Below, in pieces: positions 1-14,600 of a DNA stretch of 64,000 nt. Under the pieces are notes generated by a model. It was given only the letters and a program-made list of their open reading frames with translations. It was not told where the DNA came from and searched no databases. Position 1 is the first letter of the stretch. Every line of letters starts with the position of its first letter. The position numbers and the translations under genes are program-made. Origin of the DNA: Balanoglossus misakiensis (taxonomy: Eukaryota > Animalia > Hemichordata); NCBI GenBank assembly GCA_040954595.2, contig CM082579.2, positions 6,685,625-6,749,624 of the forward strand. Reading direction: 5' to 3'.

Positions 1-411
1 TGTACGAAGGAGAAGATGGAAGACTTATGACGCGGAGAGAGAAGTTCAGACGCGAGTGAACACGATACAAGCACTGTACTTTTGCATTAAAGAGCAATTA
101 ATCAAGCAAAACTATGGCAGTAAAGTTTCTGCATTTTAGACATATTAACTTTCATATTTTACCATGTTCATGTGAGTATCTTGCACGTGGGGCGGCAAGC
201 TTTCCCGTAGCTGAGTTGACAATATTATACATGTAGTCTTAGGCTACACTGAAAATGACGTATGTCTGTATATATGAATATCGTCTCTACATTGTGTATA
301 GATAGCCGATAATCAATACTGGATGACGTATCAAAATTAATGTCTTACATCATAAACTTTAAAAAGGACAGAGATAGACAGATGGACGGATGGATGGGTG
401 GGTGGGTGGTC

Positions 412-468
412 AGGTAGGTAGGTAGGTAGGTAGGTAGGTAGGTAGGTAGGTAGGTAGGTAGGTAGGTA
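412..468. repeat. (GGTA)n tetranucleotide microsatellite, preceded by GGAT/GGGT variants
   Basis: Tandem AGGT units read directly from the sequence. Confidence 0.95.
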
Positions 469-2842
469 CAAACGTGCATGTGAATGTGGCACATGCATAT
501 GTCACGTGTATATAAATGATTACAATCTTGAAATGTCTGAAAGAACTCGAAATAACTCGCTTCTACTCGTTCTGTGTCGCTAGATGGCTTCTCGGTACGA
601 ATTCATTGTTACGTTTTTTCAATAAGATATTCAATATTAAAGTCCACTATAAAGCTCACATTTACGTCAAATTTAGTGATTATTATGGATATTTTGATGA
701 CTTTTCTTTCAAACTTCACTAAAGCGCGGCCATTCGAATGGGTGACGTCATACAATATTACAGTTTGCGGACATGACATGCGGGTAATATATGTCAGTAC
801 ATTTCTGTGCAAATATGTCTTTCATGACTTGATATTGTAGGGTCGTGATTGTATTTTGTTTGTGTATTTATACATAAACGTCTGAGCAACATTCTGAAGG
901 AGGGCAATTGATAAACCCGAGTCGTGTAAATGGCACGGGGCGTTGATCGGCGATGTTAACCTTATCGCTTGCAGCAAATACGGGTCTTGGGTTGCGACTG
1001 CACGCGTTTGTTCATGAATACATGACTTGTTTGCGGGCGGTTTATTAGCAAATGCGCTAACGAGCAATAGCGAAATGAAACTTCGGGTTACCCGAGTTCA
1101 TTTCACGCAATCACGTAATGATGATTTATTCAAATTCAACTTGGTGAACCGCCTCGACGTTTCGACAGTGTCTTCAAAACAACTCCGCCTTGTTTATTCC
1201 AGAATAGTCAAAATACAGACTATGCAATCCGAAAAAATTTAAAGACATCGATTTTGAATAGTTCTTTTCGGAGGAAAACAAACGCTTTCTCTTTCTAGTC
1301 AAAACAAGTTGAAATGCCATTAAGCAGCAACAAAAAGAAAGGTGGAATCACGTGACTCACCCGGTGGTCACGTGACCGGATATAGGACTTCTCGTTCATT
1401 TCCGTTACTGGTGCTCTATTTTTCACCTGACAGTGATAATGACACAGCCTGGTGCGGTTTTAAGTACAGCCACGCCCACGCCTCATCACCTGCAGTTCCT
1501 GTTATTATCAAGGAAAGCAAATCTTCCCAATTTGGAATCATCAGCATTTATCACCGTTCCCGGTTTCTTTGCTTGCTCTCCAAGCAATTATAATAAAGCA
1601 AACATTTACAGCTCGTTGTCGCCCCATCAAAGTGTTTAAGTCGTGACTGATAATTGCTTTCCGGAAGAAAACACTCATTTTGCGTCGAGGGAATGTGGGA
1701 TGTGAGAAGCGACGTATATACAACATCGCACTTGCAATGACGCCTGTGTATGCCATGCTTGAAAGGCAGCGTCCGTGTATCTCCGTGGAGTGACCCCGGC
1801 CAGTGTAATCACCATTCTGGTATCACGTTGTTTTGGCGATTTTTTTGCAGACCTCGATACGTAAACCCCCGGGGAAAGTTTAAAATAAACAGTAATCGAG
1901 TAAACGTCGTTAATCACTTTCTGTCCGTAATTCTGCGCGCTGCTGAGTTCGATGACACCAAACGTTCCTAACAAAGCCGTGATGCATCTGGCATCGTCCG
2001 CTCGACTACAGTCTCCCTAATCAAAGAGACCAGTCCTAGTATCTACAAATACCCACAGTTATACTATACGGTGACACTTTCTATTTTAGTCACCGTTAAT
2101 ACGATACGAAACTGGACGGCAGCCAATGATTCGTGACAGGGTCAGTCATTATTTTGGGACCGGGACTGATAAATCGCAAATCGTCTACAATATGATCTGT
2201 AGGTCGAAATTTAATATGAAGTCGAATTAACCGTTTAATGATATTACCGAGTGTTTCGAGAAGCTGGTTTCCCTCTTGGTATCTTCTTTATCGGGTGCCA
2301 GCCACGATGAGCCACTTGAGCTGTGACGTCACAGTGACAGCAAGAAGTTCACTGAACGTACGACTACTGCATTGTGGGTAATGATTAAAAAACCCGAAAG
2401 ACCAAAAAACTGGACTGAAGTTGCAGTAGATACGCCTTCTTCAATTGCAGTTCACGGTTTGTGAAGGAGGGGGGGGGGAATTAATTTGGACCATCAACTT
2501 GAAAATTCTAAACCCTGTTTCGACTCAACCTATCAGTTCGCCTTTGCAATTGGGGGACAGCATGCAATTTGGGGGACATAAAAACGTGGCATGAGTCAGC
2601 CTGAATGGGTCGTACGTTTACGTTTCAGTGTTTGGGGGTATACTGTGTAGTCAGGGATGTCCAGCCCCAGTCACGAAAAGCGCATTAACCTATGACACCT
2701 GTATTTTAGATTAATCGGGCCGAATTGTTACCACGGAGGCAACGTTGAGACATTTCCGGACCCACTTCTGACAACGATGCACTTATGAGCGCACGTGACA
2801 AGAAGACCAAACATCCCCATCCGATCACAGATGAATCAAAAC

Positions 2843-2911
2843 CAATCTGATTAAAATCAGATGTAGGGAACGGCACGTCGCCGTTCCCTACATCTGATTT
2901 TAATCAGATTG
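2843..2911. mobile_element. 69-bp palindromic micro-MITE with 9-bp target-site duplication (Mutator-like TSD length)
   Basis: Perfect 32-bp inverted arms (CAATCTGATTAAAATCAGATGTAGGGAACGGC, 2843-2874 and 2880-2911) around a 5-bp loop. Flanked by direct repeat AATCAAAAC at 2834-2842 and 2912-2920. Confidence 0.85.
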
Positions 2912-5900
2912 AATCAAAACCTGACCCACTTCTGTCCACCTGAACGAACCGCCAGATTGACACCCACTTCTCGACCTCCCCCCCCCACAGAATTCGCCTC
3001 TCCCTGCCTACTTATGTCTCCGTCTTTTCGCCTGTTTGAGCGATCTCCCCTTTCTGTCTCGGGGTCTGTACCGCAAAATATCTGAAATTGAAGCCAAAAG
3101 CCAGGATTTATCAGCAAAAACTGTCTGTCGCCTTTCCTATACTCGGCTCACGATGATCCACATCCTGCGTATATGTCTGACAGAAATATAAATCTAAAAC
3201 TCATTTACGCGATTCTGATTCCATGACCACCCGTACAGTACCCAAGACTGGGGATCCGTTCCAAGAAAACGCATCATTTTATCTAGCTCCCTTTTCCTGC
3301 GCCGAGTCACTGAACTCCAACTCGTGTAAACATCTTCTTTCAGTGATAGTACGCATTTATCTAACTCAAGTTGTCAAAGCATGATGGTTTCCAGAACAGA
3401 GGGGAACATGGGGACTTTTTTCAACGGTAATAGTAAAATTTCAACGTCAGACTTCCCCATGAATATTCTCGCCTGTGTCACACACCTGGTAGACTTAGTC
3501 GAATATCGAACGCGCAGACAATGTTTAAAGTGACACGCCCGCTTTTGTGAAAAAAGCACCTTTAGGCCTAAACTCTTAGCGCAGATACAAGTATGTGCGG
3601 ATTGACTTACTGAGCCCCACCCAAATCCACTTTTCAAAGGCCGTCGAGGGTGTGGCGTTTTGTAACTCCGGGGATGAACCAACTGGATTGTTTCTTGTCA
3701 GTTACAAGTATACGCATTACTCACATAATCCTTCGGCAGTGTCAATCCTCAGCTACCACAGCAGGCAGGCACTCCGTACGGTGGACTCCAAAAACTCCTC
3801 CAAGGCGACGGCACAGCTACCAGACCAGAATCAAAATGAGCCACGCGACAACGTGGCACTGGGTGGCCAAAAACTAACACCTGGTCACGCTAATATGTTA
3901 AATAAAGAAATAAACATTGGTGCACCTGGCCACGAAACAAAACAAATAAGAAACTTCATCACACAAGCTATGACTCGCTGTTCTGAGGGCTTCTTGTGGG
4001 TTCAATAGGAAACCATTGCTGTTCGGGTGATTCCTTTAATATATCACTTTGCCAGATTTATTAAAAAATGAAAAAATAAACCTGAAATATATTCCTCAGA
4101 GAAGGTCACCTTTGGAAGGCGGTGCGTTGCATTAATCTCATCTGAACTGATTTTCAATTCAGCCGTCAAAAACTGCTGCCTGCGAACAACAATGATGCGA
4201 TTGGATGCCTTGTCTGCGGACAAAACATCATTCGAGACATACGATGTAAGCATTCACGTACGGGAGGGTCATCAATTGCTGATGTAGAATTGATGGCAGC
4301 GTGTGAAGAATGGAGAGACGTAGAATGCGCGATCTCACGTTGATCTCTGTAGACAGCCAGCCCGTGAAAGACACTCCACGCTCTCCACAACGCCCACGGC
4401 GCCCATAATAACAATTGAAATAGAAGTTCCAATTGCATTTCGAGGCCCAAAATGCCCAATGCGCTTGATTGCATTAATCCATAAAACCGCGTTGAGGTAC
4501 ATTTGTAACTAGCATTCAGTTTGTCTTGGCGGAATTACCTGCAATGTGGCCAGCATTTTGAACGCGAGTGTGACGTCAGTCGAAAACGCGGTCAAAACAT
4601 TATCAAAAAAGTACACGCACTGACTGCTCAAGCGTACGATACGCTTTGATTCCTTCATGATTGCATATATGCCATACTTTTAACACATATTATTATATTT
4701 AGCATTTTAGTATGTAAGTCTGTTTACAACTTGTCAAAATTGCGGTTATGTAATGGGCAATGGCTAACCACGGTTCGAAAAAAAAGGAATTTATGTACAT
4801 CTATATTTCGAACGAGTGGCGAAGTTCTGTAACGGTTGGACATCAACTGATAATTCCTAGTAAAGTGCCAACAAGAACTTAGGGCAAACAACTTGAAGGC
4901 CATTTCCTTTATATTGCTTGTTTCACATGATGGATTATTACACCGGAAAAGGTATTCTACACCAACATGCTTGATCAAGTCATTTCATTAGCGTTGTGAT
5001 TTACACAGGGGAAATAAAAAAGAAGAAAACTTGGTTGAGATGAAAAAAAACGGGACCACCCACGCAATTTGACCTCATCTGACGATATTAATAAACTACC
5101 TGTTTCAAGGCGCTCTTGAAGAATCCCGTTATATACGTGTGAATCACATTGTTATTTTTCGTGTGTGTTGTTATCATATTTTTCTATATCATGGTGTTAC
5201 ACGACTCAACAGTAAGCCATACGAAAACAATAAAATGCTTACGTGGATGACCAATAACAAAGTAAACAAACAAAAACAAGCAGTACTAAAAAAACAAATC
5301 AATTAATCTTGATCTTGATCTGATCGCACAAATAAAGCAATAACAACAACAGCCAGCTGAAGGTTTATATTGGCGTTGGTTTCATGTCACCTGCGTCGCT
5401 CGCCTCCGATAGTGCATGAGTGTTTTAATCAGTCCAAGTGCTACACGTTTAATTTACTCGCTGACGACTTTCCTCGCTTACTCTTTCGTATCAATCACGC
5501 CGACGATAACTCGTCAACAACTGTTTCCACCTGGGTCCCGCTGGAAAAAAAGAGTAAAAAAATCAGCGCAATCGTTGATGGGAGATAAGGAAATCGTTAG
5601 ATTATATTTGTTATCTTTCGGGAGTACATTTGAAAAATGTGCTACCGTTTGGTGTGATTTGTAACGCTTGGTGCCGTGTGCGTAGAATTCGTTATCAGGT
5701 GTAACTGACGCGCTTACTCCATCGCTCGTCGTGTCTGATCAAATGAGTCAAATTGGACACGCCTAGATCTATTCTGTCATTCACGATATACATTAATTAA
5801 TAACCATGGAGACCAGAGAGAACTACTGTGATTAATACTAGAACACGCGTACGGGATTCGGTTCCATCTACTGACAACTTTTTTGTTCTTTTTTAGGTTT

Positions 5901-7919
5901 CTGCGCACGTCTGATCTTGCACGTACAAAATTCTACTTATATCCTTTCTTAGAAATATAATCACGGAAGTTGTTTTTTTGTCGGTCCGTGTTCGAGTCAC
6001 AGATCGGAGGCAGTTGCTAGGTTCTGTTTGTTTCCAAAGATACTAGGAAGCGATTTTGTTTACAGACAGAAAGACAAACAACTCATTTGTAGCGTTGTTG
6101 TTGCGCTGCTGATCTGTCCTTAACAAATTATTGCCGCCAAGCCAGTTATAAACACAAACACATTCGGGCCATAAATATCACTGACTGAAACCTGATTTAG
6201 TAAACACCGTCGCTGCCACACGTATGTTTTTGTTTTGTTTTGAGATATCTGGAAGGGGTTCTTGATCTTTTTTAATGGGATCAGAGAAGGCCCTCCGATA
6301 GTTAAAAATAAACTAGAGCTCTGATAGTGGTTTGAAATATATAGATGACCTTGACAATGAAGCCACAGATAGCATATTGTTCAGTTCTGCCAATGGCACG
6401 TGATTACAGTGTTGACGAAGCCAGGCGAATATCTTTAGATCCCGATGTGTGGGCGAGCTTTGAGGACCAGGAAGGAAAAAACGGATTTTGATGCAAAGTG
6501 CATAATACAAGTAACTATTCATGATCCGCTTTTGTCATGGTGATGCCACGTTTAACCGTGAGAAAAACAAGACGCTGCGTAGATCGTGTGTGTGCTTGAC
6601 CTCAGTGAATGATCGGGAGGTCATCATTCCGTGAACCCACAGTATATTTAAAAGAGAGACGATTTGTCAGCCAGCGGCGGGCCGGCCCCTCCCCTCAATC
6701 AGAAAGGTCAATGTGCGGTGGTCGGGTTAAACCAACGATTAGCAGCGGCGCGTGCGCGTGCGTGCGAGACAGGCCAGCCATTCAGTGGCGTGTGCGTATT
6801 TTTATACACAGAAGTCGTCACGTGATGCCGCGCCGCTACGATCGATGGATGACGGCTATTCTCGTGATCACAGTTGTAAACAAACGCCAAGACCAGAGGC
6901 GGGAACATCATCGTCTTCCATGACACATTTATTAGAATAGGCGTATTTTACGGCGTCGGCGGAGCGAGGGTGATTTATTGCTTTGTTGTTCTGGTTTTTC
7001 TACAACAAAATAAGCATTTGCGTTGGGAATACGCCAAGGCAAGATCTATTATTAATGTGAATATTTCTGTGCCAGTGACCATCCTTTTCAATTATCTACA
7101 GCCGCGGACATTCACCGGACTGCGAGGAGCCGGACCGTGAAAAGATCACACACGTATACACACTGAAATCACCGCGCGCATCGCCATCCATCACTTGAGT
7201 TATAGTGTGAACAGTTGTGTTCGGAAACGACCGCATGTTATCAAGAATGATCAAATTATTAAATATCAGTACAATCTGTCAGTCAGTCTTGAGCAATATA
7301 CATGTAACGCTGAGTGCAAGCCGTGTGGTATATTTTAAAACGATAAGCTTTATGATTATAATGATATATCTTACTTCATATATATATAATGTATAATTAT
7401 ATTATTGAGTAGCTTTCATTTTTTGTGTTTGTGTAAGAATTATAATTAGGCCAAGGACGCGTATATTTATGATATTATTGTGATACATGTACTGCGTCTT
7501 AAATAAATCCCGTGGTTGTTTTTGCCCAGTTTTTTTTTCATAAAGAACAAAATATACTGCATTAACGTTCTGGTCGTAATAATATGCAGCCCGACCTGTG
7601 AGCGAGCCAGCTGAGGTCGGCCACGGCGCGCGCCGTTCACGTGAATGTTGCATCACTCGTCGCAGAAATGTTGGTATCCGTCGCTACCTAGAAACCGTAT
7701 CTCGGAAACACATGGTGTCGGCATTTGTTTGTTTGATGTCTGTCCCTCGGCGCTGTAATCCATTTAGGGTCAGTGAGAAGTCACCGGGTGACCTTCGGAT
7801 TCTGACATCGTTGGAAATACACTGATGCTGCAGAATTAAGGCAGTGGTCTTCTCAAAGTGTAGAATATTTCCCTGCTTGTTATATATAGCGTATATCAAT
7901 GAATTTCAAATGCAAACAT

Positions 7920-8120
7920 AGAGGGGTTCTAAAACACATATATTGTAGAAATTGCTGAGTCGGCACTTTTCTCGCACTTGTATAAATGCTATAGTTTTCC
8001 TGTGATGAACATAGATGAACAGCTCAATCAAAAATCAAGAATAATGACATTGTATTTTCCTGACATTTTTTAATAATTCTCTTCTTTTGGCACCTTTTGT
8101 GAAAATGTCAAGAAAATATT
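7920..8120. repeat. Diverged interspersed repeat, copy 1 (second copy ~24845-25000)
   Basis: Colinear shared blocks: GAGTCRGCACTTYTCTYGCA, CARCTCWATCAAAA..ATCAAG, CTTTTGTGAAAATGTCAMGAAAAT. Boundaries approximate. Confidence 0.55.
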
Positions 8121-8503
8121 GCAACGCTGTCTTCTCCAAATTCTACGTCATGTAAGGCTAACTATGGAATGTGATAACCATGCCTGCATCTGGGTACATG
8201 GTGGGTTGAAGCTCTTCGATCACTCGCAATCGATGACCTACTCCGCGCTGTAGACATCACGTCGGCGCTACACAAAAATGATCAATTTTCCCGTTCCATA
8301 GCACCCCCGCGGGCGGCACACAGAATCAATCATGCATTTTCTTTTCTCAGTCTCTCTGGATGATGCCCTGTACATGAACTAAATCCCGCTTCTATACTTC
8401 TCTACTGACATTGTCTATATGAATCGTGTGTCAGTGTGTTTGTTCATATAAAACAGGGGCGATATGATCCGCACCCGCAGACGAACCGCATTTCAATCCA
8501 AAT

Positions 8504-8602
8504 GTATGTATGTATGGATGGATGGATGGATGGTGGGATGGTGGGATGGAGGGATGGATGTAGGTAGGTAGGTAGGTGAGTGGGTGGGTGGATAGGTAGG
8601 TA
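8504..8602. repeat. Compound GTAT/GGAT/GGTA microsatellite
   Basis: Low-complexity tetranucleotide tract read directly. Confidence 0.85.
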
Positions 8603-11600
8603 CGAATGCATGGTTTCTTTTTAATGGCCATGTGTGTTTGTATGAATAAATGACCTTGGCTCAGATTTACTGTGAGACAAACAGAACCCGTTTTGCTTTG
8701 CTTTGTTGTGAAAGGAAGTAAAGCCGTGCGGCCCACGATAGACTCATGCGAGGTTTCATCTCCGCCACAGAAAACAGAATAGACGCAGTTTCAACAGTTG
8801 TTATTTTACCCTGGGGATGACCCCAGCTCGGACTTTTTCTATGATAGGAGGAACCCCTGTTAAGAATGATTTACGGTCAATACTACCGTGGCTATACTAC
8901 GCCCCGTACTGGTTCACGTCAGGTCAAGGCACCAGTAACCACGTGATGCGGCTGGGCATGGTTTTTGTTATCGCGTTCAAATAAAATGTTTGTTACTTTT
9001 ATCGCGTTAAATTAGATGCAAATAAAGATGTAATCGTGTGAACATTTTTAAAATGTCACATGCTAATCATATATTTGTTTCAGTGAAACAAGATTAACAC
9101 GGTCCATCAGGTTTTCCATCAACGCTATATACTTGTCATTGCAACGTGGGGGCAGAAACTTGTTTTTCATCAAAGTTGTTTGTTTCTGTGCGTTTTGCTT
9201 GCGTAGTTACAGTTTTCGGCAAATGAGTGGAACATTTAATCAAAAAAGTATTTACAAACGTGTTATTTTTATTGCCGTTCTCTCATAAACTTACTGCGAG
9301 ACCGCAAACCTTGTCCGTGCTGCACTGCAGCCCCGGGCAGTGGATTAAAATTGGCCCGAAGGACCCCGGAGAGATCGGCTCCTAGCGTGCTGTCGTTGTT
9401 AATTTAGTTCTCGGGCCGTGGGCTCGACTTTGAATCTAAGCTAATTTTCAAATTAGAAATAACCTTCTTCAGTGACCGATTATAATTTTGCAGAACGCCT
9501 AGGAGATTTTTAAAATGAAATTGTGTTTTTTCTTTTAGTTTGTTTTTGAATACAGAAGTTGTTGTGCGTTGTTTTGGGAAAAACATCCACGTGGAACTCT
9601 CAAGGTCGGATGATCGCGATGAGCCACTATGGATCCGTGAAGTTGCTAAGCCCACAATACATGACAACTAGTGGGAGACAGCGGCATCATGATTACTTAC
9701 TTCGACCAACAACCTGACAAACAAATCTAAAGCAATTTCTCAGGCGCCGTTCGGTATGGAATGTCTGGATCCGAAAAAAAACACACACAGGTCGACGTGT
9801 TGGGGTCATTATACTCTTGTGATTGAAAACGGCACTCCATATTCAAGTATGATGATGAACGCGACTCCCGCGTTGTCGATGTTTTGGTCGTAAATGCACC
9901 ATCTCTTCTAGGAGGCGACGGGGGAGGGGAGGGGGGGGGGCTGGAGAGTAATAAGATAAAAGTTGCTGAGTGTTTTTAAGTGCATACAGCACAGTGGTCG
10001 TTTCTCTCCCCCCCCCCCCCCACACACACAGAGACGTCGTGAATGATAAACGTCTGTTATTTGTAAACGAGACGCGCCCTGTGTCGGGTAAAAATCATGA
10101 CAGAAGGAATTCCTGTGATGTTTCGAAACTGGACAGCGATAACACGGTGTACTGTTCAACTGCGTTATTTTTAGAGCAATGGGTTTCTGTCGAATCTCAG
10201 CTGGTCTCTAGTAAAACATGGATGATGACAAACTGGTCTTCCTATTAGAAACAGTGGGAATATGAATGAGCTCATTAACTTTCCTTAATATGCGTGTATT
10301 TATAGCTACGTAGCTTTGAAGTATAGGATCATAGCGCATATAGTATTACATTATTAGTAAGGCTAGTTCAGTTTTTTTTAAATAATGAAATCGGTTCGCT
10401 TCTTCATGTTGACAATTACAGCTGAAAAAAACAACATAGTGGCATTTTAGAGCCCCATTAGATGCCACGCATTATTTTCATGATTTTACTTCCAAACTTA
10501 GATCGGTCCATTGAAATAAGCTTACTGATGAGTATTCACAAACGTATTTATCAACCTCTGATTGTGGCTGTACGTTTAAATGTAAACAAGTTAAATAATG
10601 AACGAGTGCTATTCAGCCGCCCGTTGCAAGAGAATACATAGCTATATATCGTGGTATACGCACATGCGTATTAGAACCTTCGCAAATTCAACATGGTGTC
10701 GTCGGTTTGCTGAGGATAAGAGGAAGATTGAAGTGTACGCAGCTGATGTAGCTTCTATCTAATGATCTAATATCACCTGGACAAAAAACACGTTCAGGCA
10801 AATTTGGCAAAACGTGTTTCGCATAAGCGTAGCATATCCCGAGTAGAATGAGTCAGCGATGCACGGCTCCACTGAAACATCATGTGATTCTGACGTCACT
10901 GCTGCAGAAGTTAAGACCCCGGAGTTATTGAATGCAGTAAAATCGAAACTGATCGTTATTTACTGAAAGCGCGCGCTTTATCTCGCATAAGGTACACCTT
11001 ATCTCGCATGATCGGCGAACACACCTCAGTTATGAGTGGGAACTCCAGCCAACGCAGAGAAAATCTGATGAATGATCGTTGACTGTAGAAAATCAACCGG
11101 GTCCTCCCCTGGACGTTATGGGGGCATGTCATGACAAATCCCGACCAACTGGGTCGTTTTATGAGTAAAATCAATGCCCGGGCTGACCAGCAAAACTGAT
11201 TTTTGTCCCGTTACATTTTTTATTTGCGCGTGTCACGGTTCTGGAGTTTGTCATCTCACTCCAGGGAAAGCTGCGTGTGGCCCTCGGTGGGGTTGGCCAT
11301 AAACTTAGTAGTGATTACGGGAATTCCGCACAAGAATCGGAATCAAGAATGGCTCGACCATACCACTACCAGCAGAATGATGTTTTGCGTAAAGTGGTCG
11401 ACGAATTTTCGATAAAAAACACACGGCCTCGCTTCCGATCCCAATACAGAGTTGGTCACATACACAGGTGCCTGAAGATATCGAACGGCCTCACCTGCGG
11501 TATACAATATAATTGTGTTATAATATACTACAGCTGAGGCCGTTCAGGCACCTGTGGTCACATGTATACCGTGTCCGACTATATACAACATCGCAGTATG

Positions 11601-14600
11601 TGCGCACGAGTCGAGTCGAGCAAGCGCGGAAACACAACCACGCGTACAAAGCCCCACACAAACCTTCAGGAACGCATCACCCGTGACTGAGTTACGAGAA
11701 CCACGCGGCCAATTCTCAGAAATGTTGGACTCATTTCGATATACTAACGTCACGGAGATCTCTTTCGACAATTGAACTCATCGTATGCGGTTGACAAATT
11801 GCAACTAAGACCGATTTACACTGTTGAACATTTAAGAAATATGCAAATACAAATGGTTGGCGGTGACTGTACATCATAAATCACGTTATTACTAGCTTGT
11901 TTTGAAAATGGGAATGTCAATGTATTTCACAGATAACGGTAATAACGCAGGTTCTAGCTATCCATGCTCCGACGGATACCTAACAAATGCACTTTTCCAC
12001 GTTTTCCGTTGTTCTACGTGCGGAACGTGATTTGATCGGAGCAGGTTTTTCCCCCTTTTCGCTGAAATAAAACGTGCTTGTTTATTTTGTGATCGACATG
12101 CCCACATTTGGAGAAAACTCGTATTCCAAGGGATTAGGTCGCGCGCAGATTTGTTCTTTAATCGACGCTTGCCTCTAAACTTGGGGCTTAAACGCCTGTA
12201 AACTGGGCTTAACTTCGAGATTGTTGACGAAGTTGAGTGGTATCCGTAATGCAGAACAGCATCCGCCAATTATCAATTAAACATCCTCTACACTTTCGAT
12301 GGAGCCGATCATTAAACGTGTATCACCCCTCTTGCGACAACAAATTACCATTCTGAAAAAAAATTCTATAATTACTTTTTTGAACATTATTATTTGTTTG
12401 GTTGATTACCACGGAAGTTCTATGATTGGAGAACCGGGTTATTTTTACTGGACTGTACATAACACTAAATGGGAAATTTACAATGTCAATTTTCTTGAAA
12501 ATAAGGTGGTGGCGTGAAAACTTGCCCTTTTCAAATGATTTTCCCTAAAAAGAATCATCGCAAAGTCATAGCAGCGAAGATTTCAGCTGTTTCCGGGAAA
12601 TGGTCTAATTTCGAACATCAGGTGCGTTATCCGAGATCGTGGCCATCTTCCGTGCGGAGGGGGGGATTCTTTAGCCAGAACGACAGAAATGCCGCCCTGA
12701 TACTGGCAATGGCGAAATGCATTACACCGGAGACTGCATTAGCGCTGGAGTGCTTCTTACTGGCATACGTTGCCATGGTGACGGATTCGTTTCGAGAGAG
12801 AGAGAGACAGAAACACAATGGATAATCATTGGCCGCCGGTCATATCGGCGTGCTCTCCGACTGGGATTGATTTCGGATTTATTGACTGCTTCGCGGATTC
12901 AACATACGTGTACACCTCTGCATGTATCTGTCGGAAAGCGCTCTCTCTTCTTCTCCTTCGCAAATGTGAAGGACCAGCAGGCATTTTGCAATCATGATTC
13001 TAATGATTTTTCTTCCGAACTGAATTACTTGATTTAGATACGCTTACTGAGGGTTGTGTATACAGGTGCATGTATAATTAACCACTGACCAGGTGACATG
13101 TGCGATTTTCAACAGGCCAAAACTGCATGCGTGTGACCCTGACCGTGGGATCGACCGGCCGTGGGGAGGCATCCAATACGGCCGCGTTCACGGAGAGTGA
13201 CCGTAACACCAGGCCACGGTCACCGCAGAAAAGGCGTGAAACCAAGGCCAGGCTATAGTGTGATCCACGTCGACGGGAGGTGGTGGCGGGGGGGGGGGGG
13301 TAATCGGGTCCAAGGACTCGGGTGAAGTCGCAGGAAGAATTTACAGTTGTATTTTTCTGCAGGGGGTCCTAGAGTTACTTGATGGACTTGCACTAGTACG
13401 CATGAACGCACGTGCGAGCATACACACATGTACGCACACACACAGTCAAACACAACCACATGTCACGCATATATTATCTTTATGAACATTTTAATGCTGT
13501 TTCGAAAAAACGTCCGTAAAACTTTAAATATAAAATTCAAGTGTGAACCCACTTCAAAGAGGGAATTCACAGCAATGATAATAATTAATAAATACAAAGA
13601 GTGATAAAATTGCTAGCTACACGGCACATAACGGTGAATACTGGCGAGAGGAAACAGTACATTGTTAAAATGGTAGAAGATTTGTGATGATGTTGGCAAG
13701 AAAGTTATAAGTTGAGGTCGTTCGAAGAAACCATTCCTGAATCCAATTGTACATGTCATGTACCGTGTAAAAACCACTCCTCGATATATATATATAAAAA
13801 ATCTTCAGAAAACTTCTGTTAGAAATGTTTGAAAAAAACTTCTGTACATCAGAAACACGATAGGAAAAGCAAATATTTACAAAGTACTCTCTTGTTCTGT
13901 CAGATCAACAATTGTCGGCCAGCTGATCGGTGGTAAAACACTGAACCTCTCTCGTGTAAAATACTAAAGAGGGTTTTGCCGGAATATCACAGAAAAAAAC
14001 ATATGGAGGATTCACTTTCAGAATCACTTCGTTTCGAAACCACAATGCCAAATTTGGTGGTTTCCTACCTCGAGTTTATGATCGGATTTTCTCGTGAATA
14101 GCCCACGCTCTGAGCTGGCGGGTGACTCCACCCCTATTCTGAGAACGGCTGCTCATTTGATTGTTTTGAAAAGGGAGGCAACGTAAGTCGAGCGTGAAAG
14201 CGTTACGCACTGAGGTAAATTTTTTCGGCTTTTTGTTGAAAGTTAAGCTATGACAACAATGGTGGTTTCAATTAAAAGAACGAAGTGAACAAAGGCACAC
14301 TATTTTCTCCGAAGGTGGGAGACAATAAAACGAATGAAAGAAGTCTAGTGTTCACGTGTAGTTACCCGCTTACATGGTACATTCAACAGCAGTGACGTGT
14401 TCTGTTCGTGATAGCGTGAGTCATCGCAGTCCGATCAACGCATCACCGGGGACGCGGGCGCTACTTCATGCAACGCCCATGTTCTCGGGGGGTCGAATGC
14501 CGGTAAAAGCAGTATAAAGCTTACTTTTGTGTCCTTGAAATGGCGTGCTTGCGTGCATCGCGATTTTTTTTCAAACGGCAAAGAAAGTCATATCTTCATT

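Noticed and set aside
1-140. Possible tail of a coding exon entering from the left (purine-rich, ATTAAA at ~87)
   Set aside because: All three frames are briefly open and none gives a recognisable motif, so it cannot be supported.
3595-4008. 137-aa ORF
   Set aside because: Non-ATG start, no domain resemblance and no splice context.
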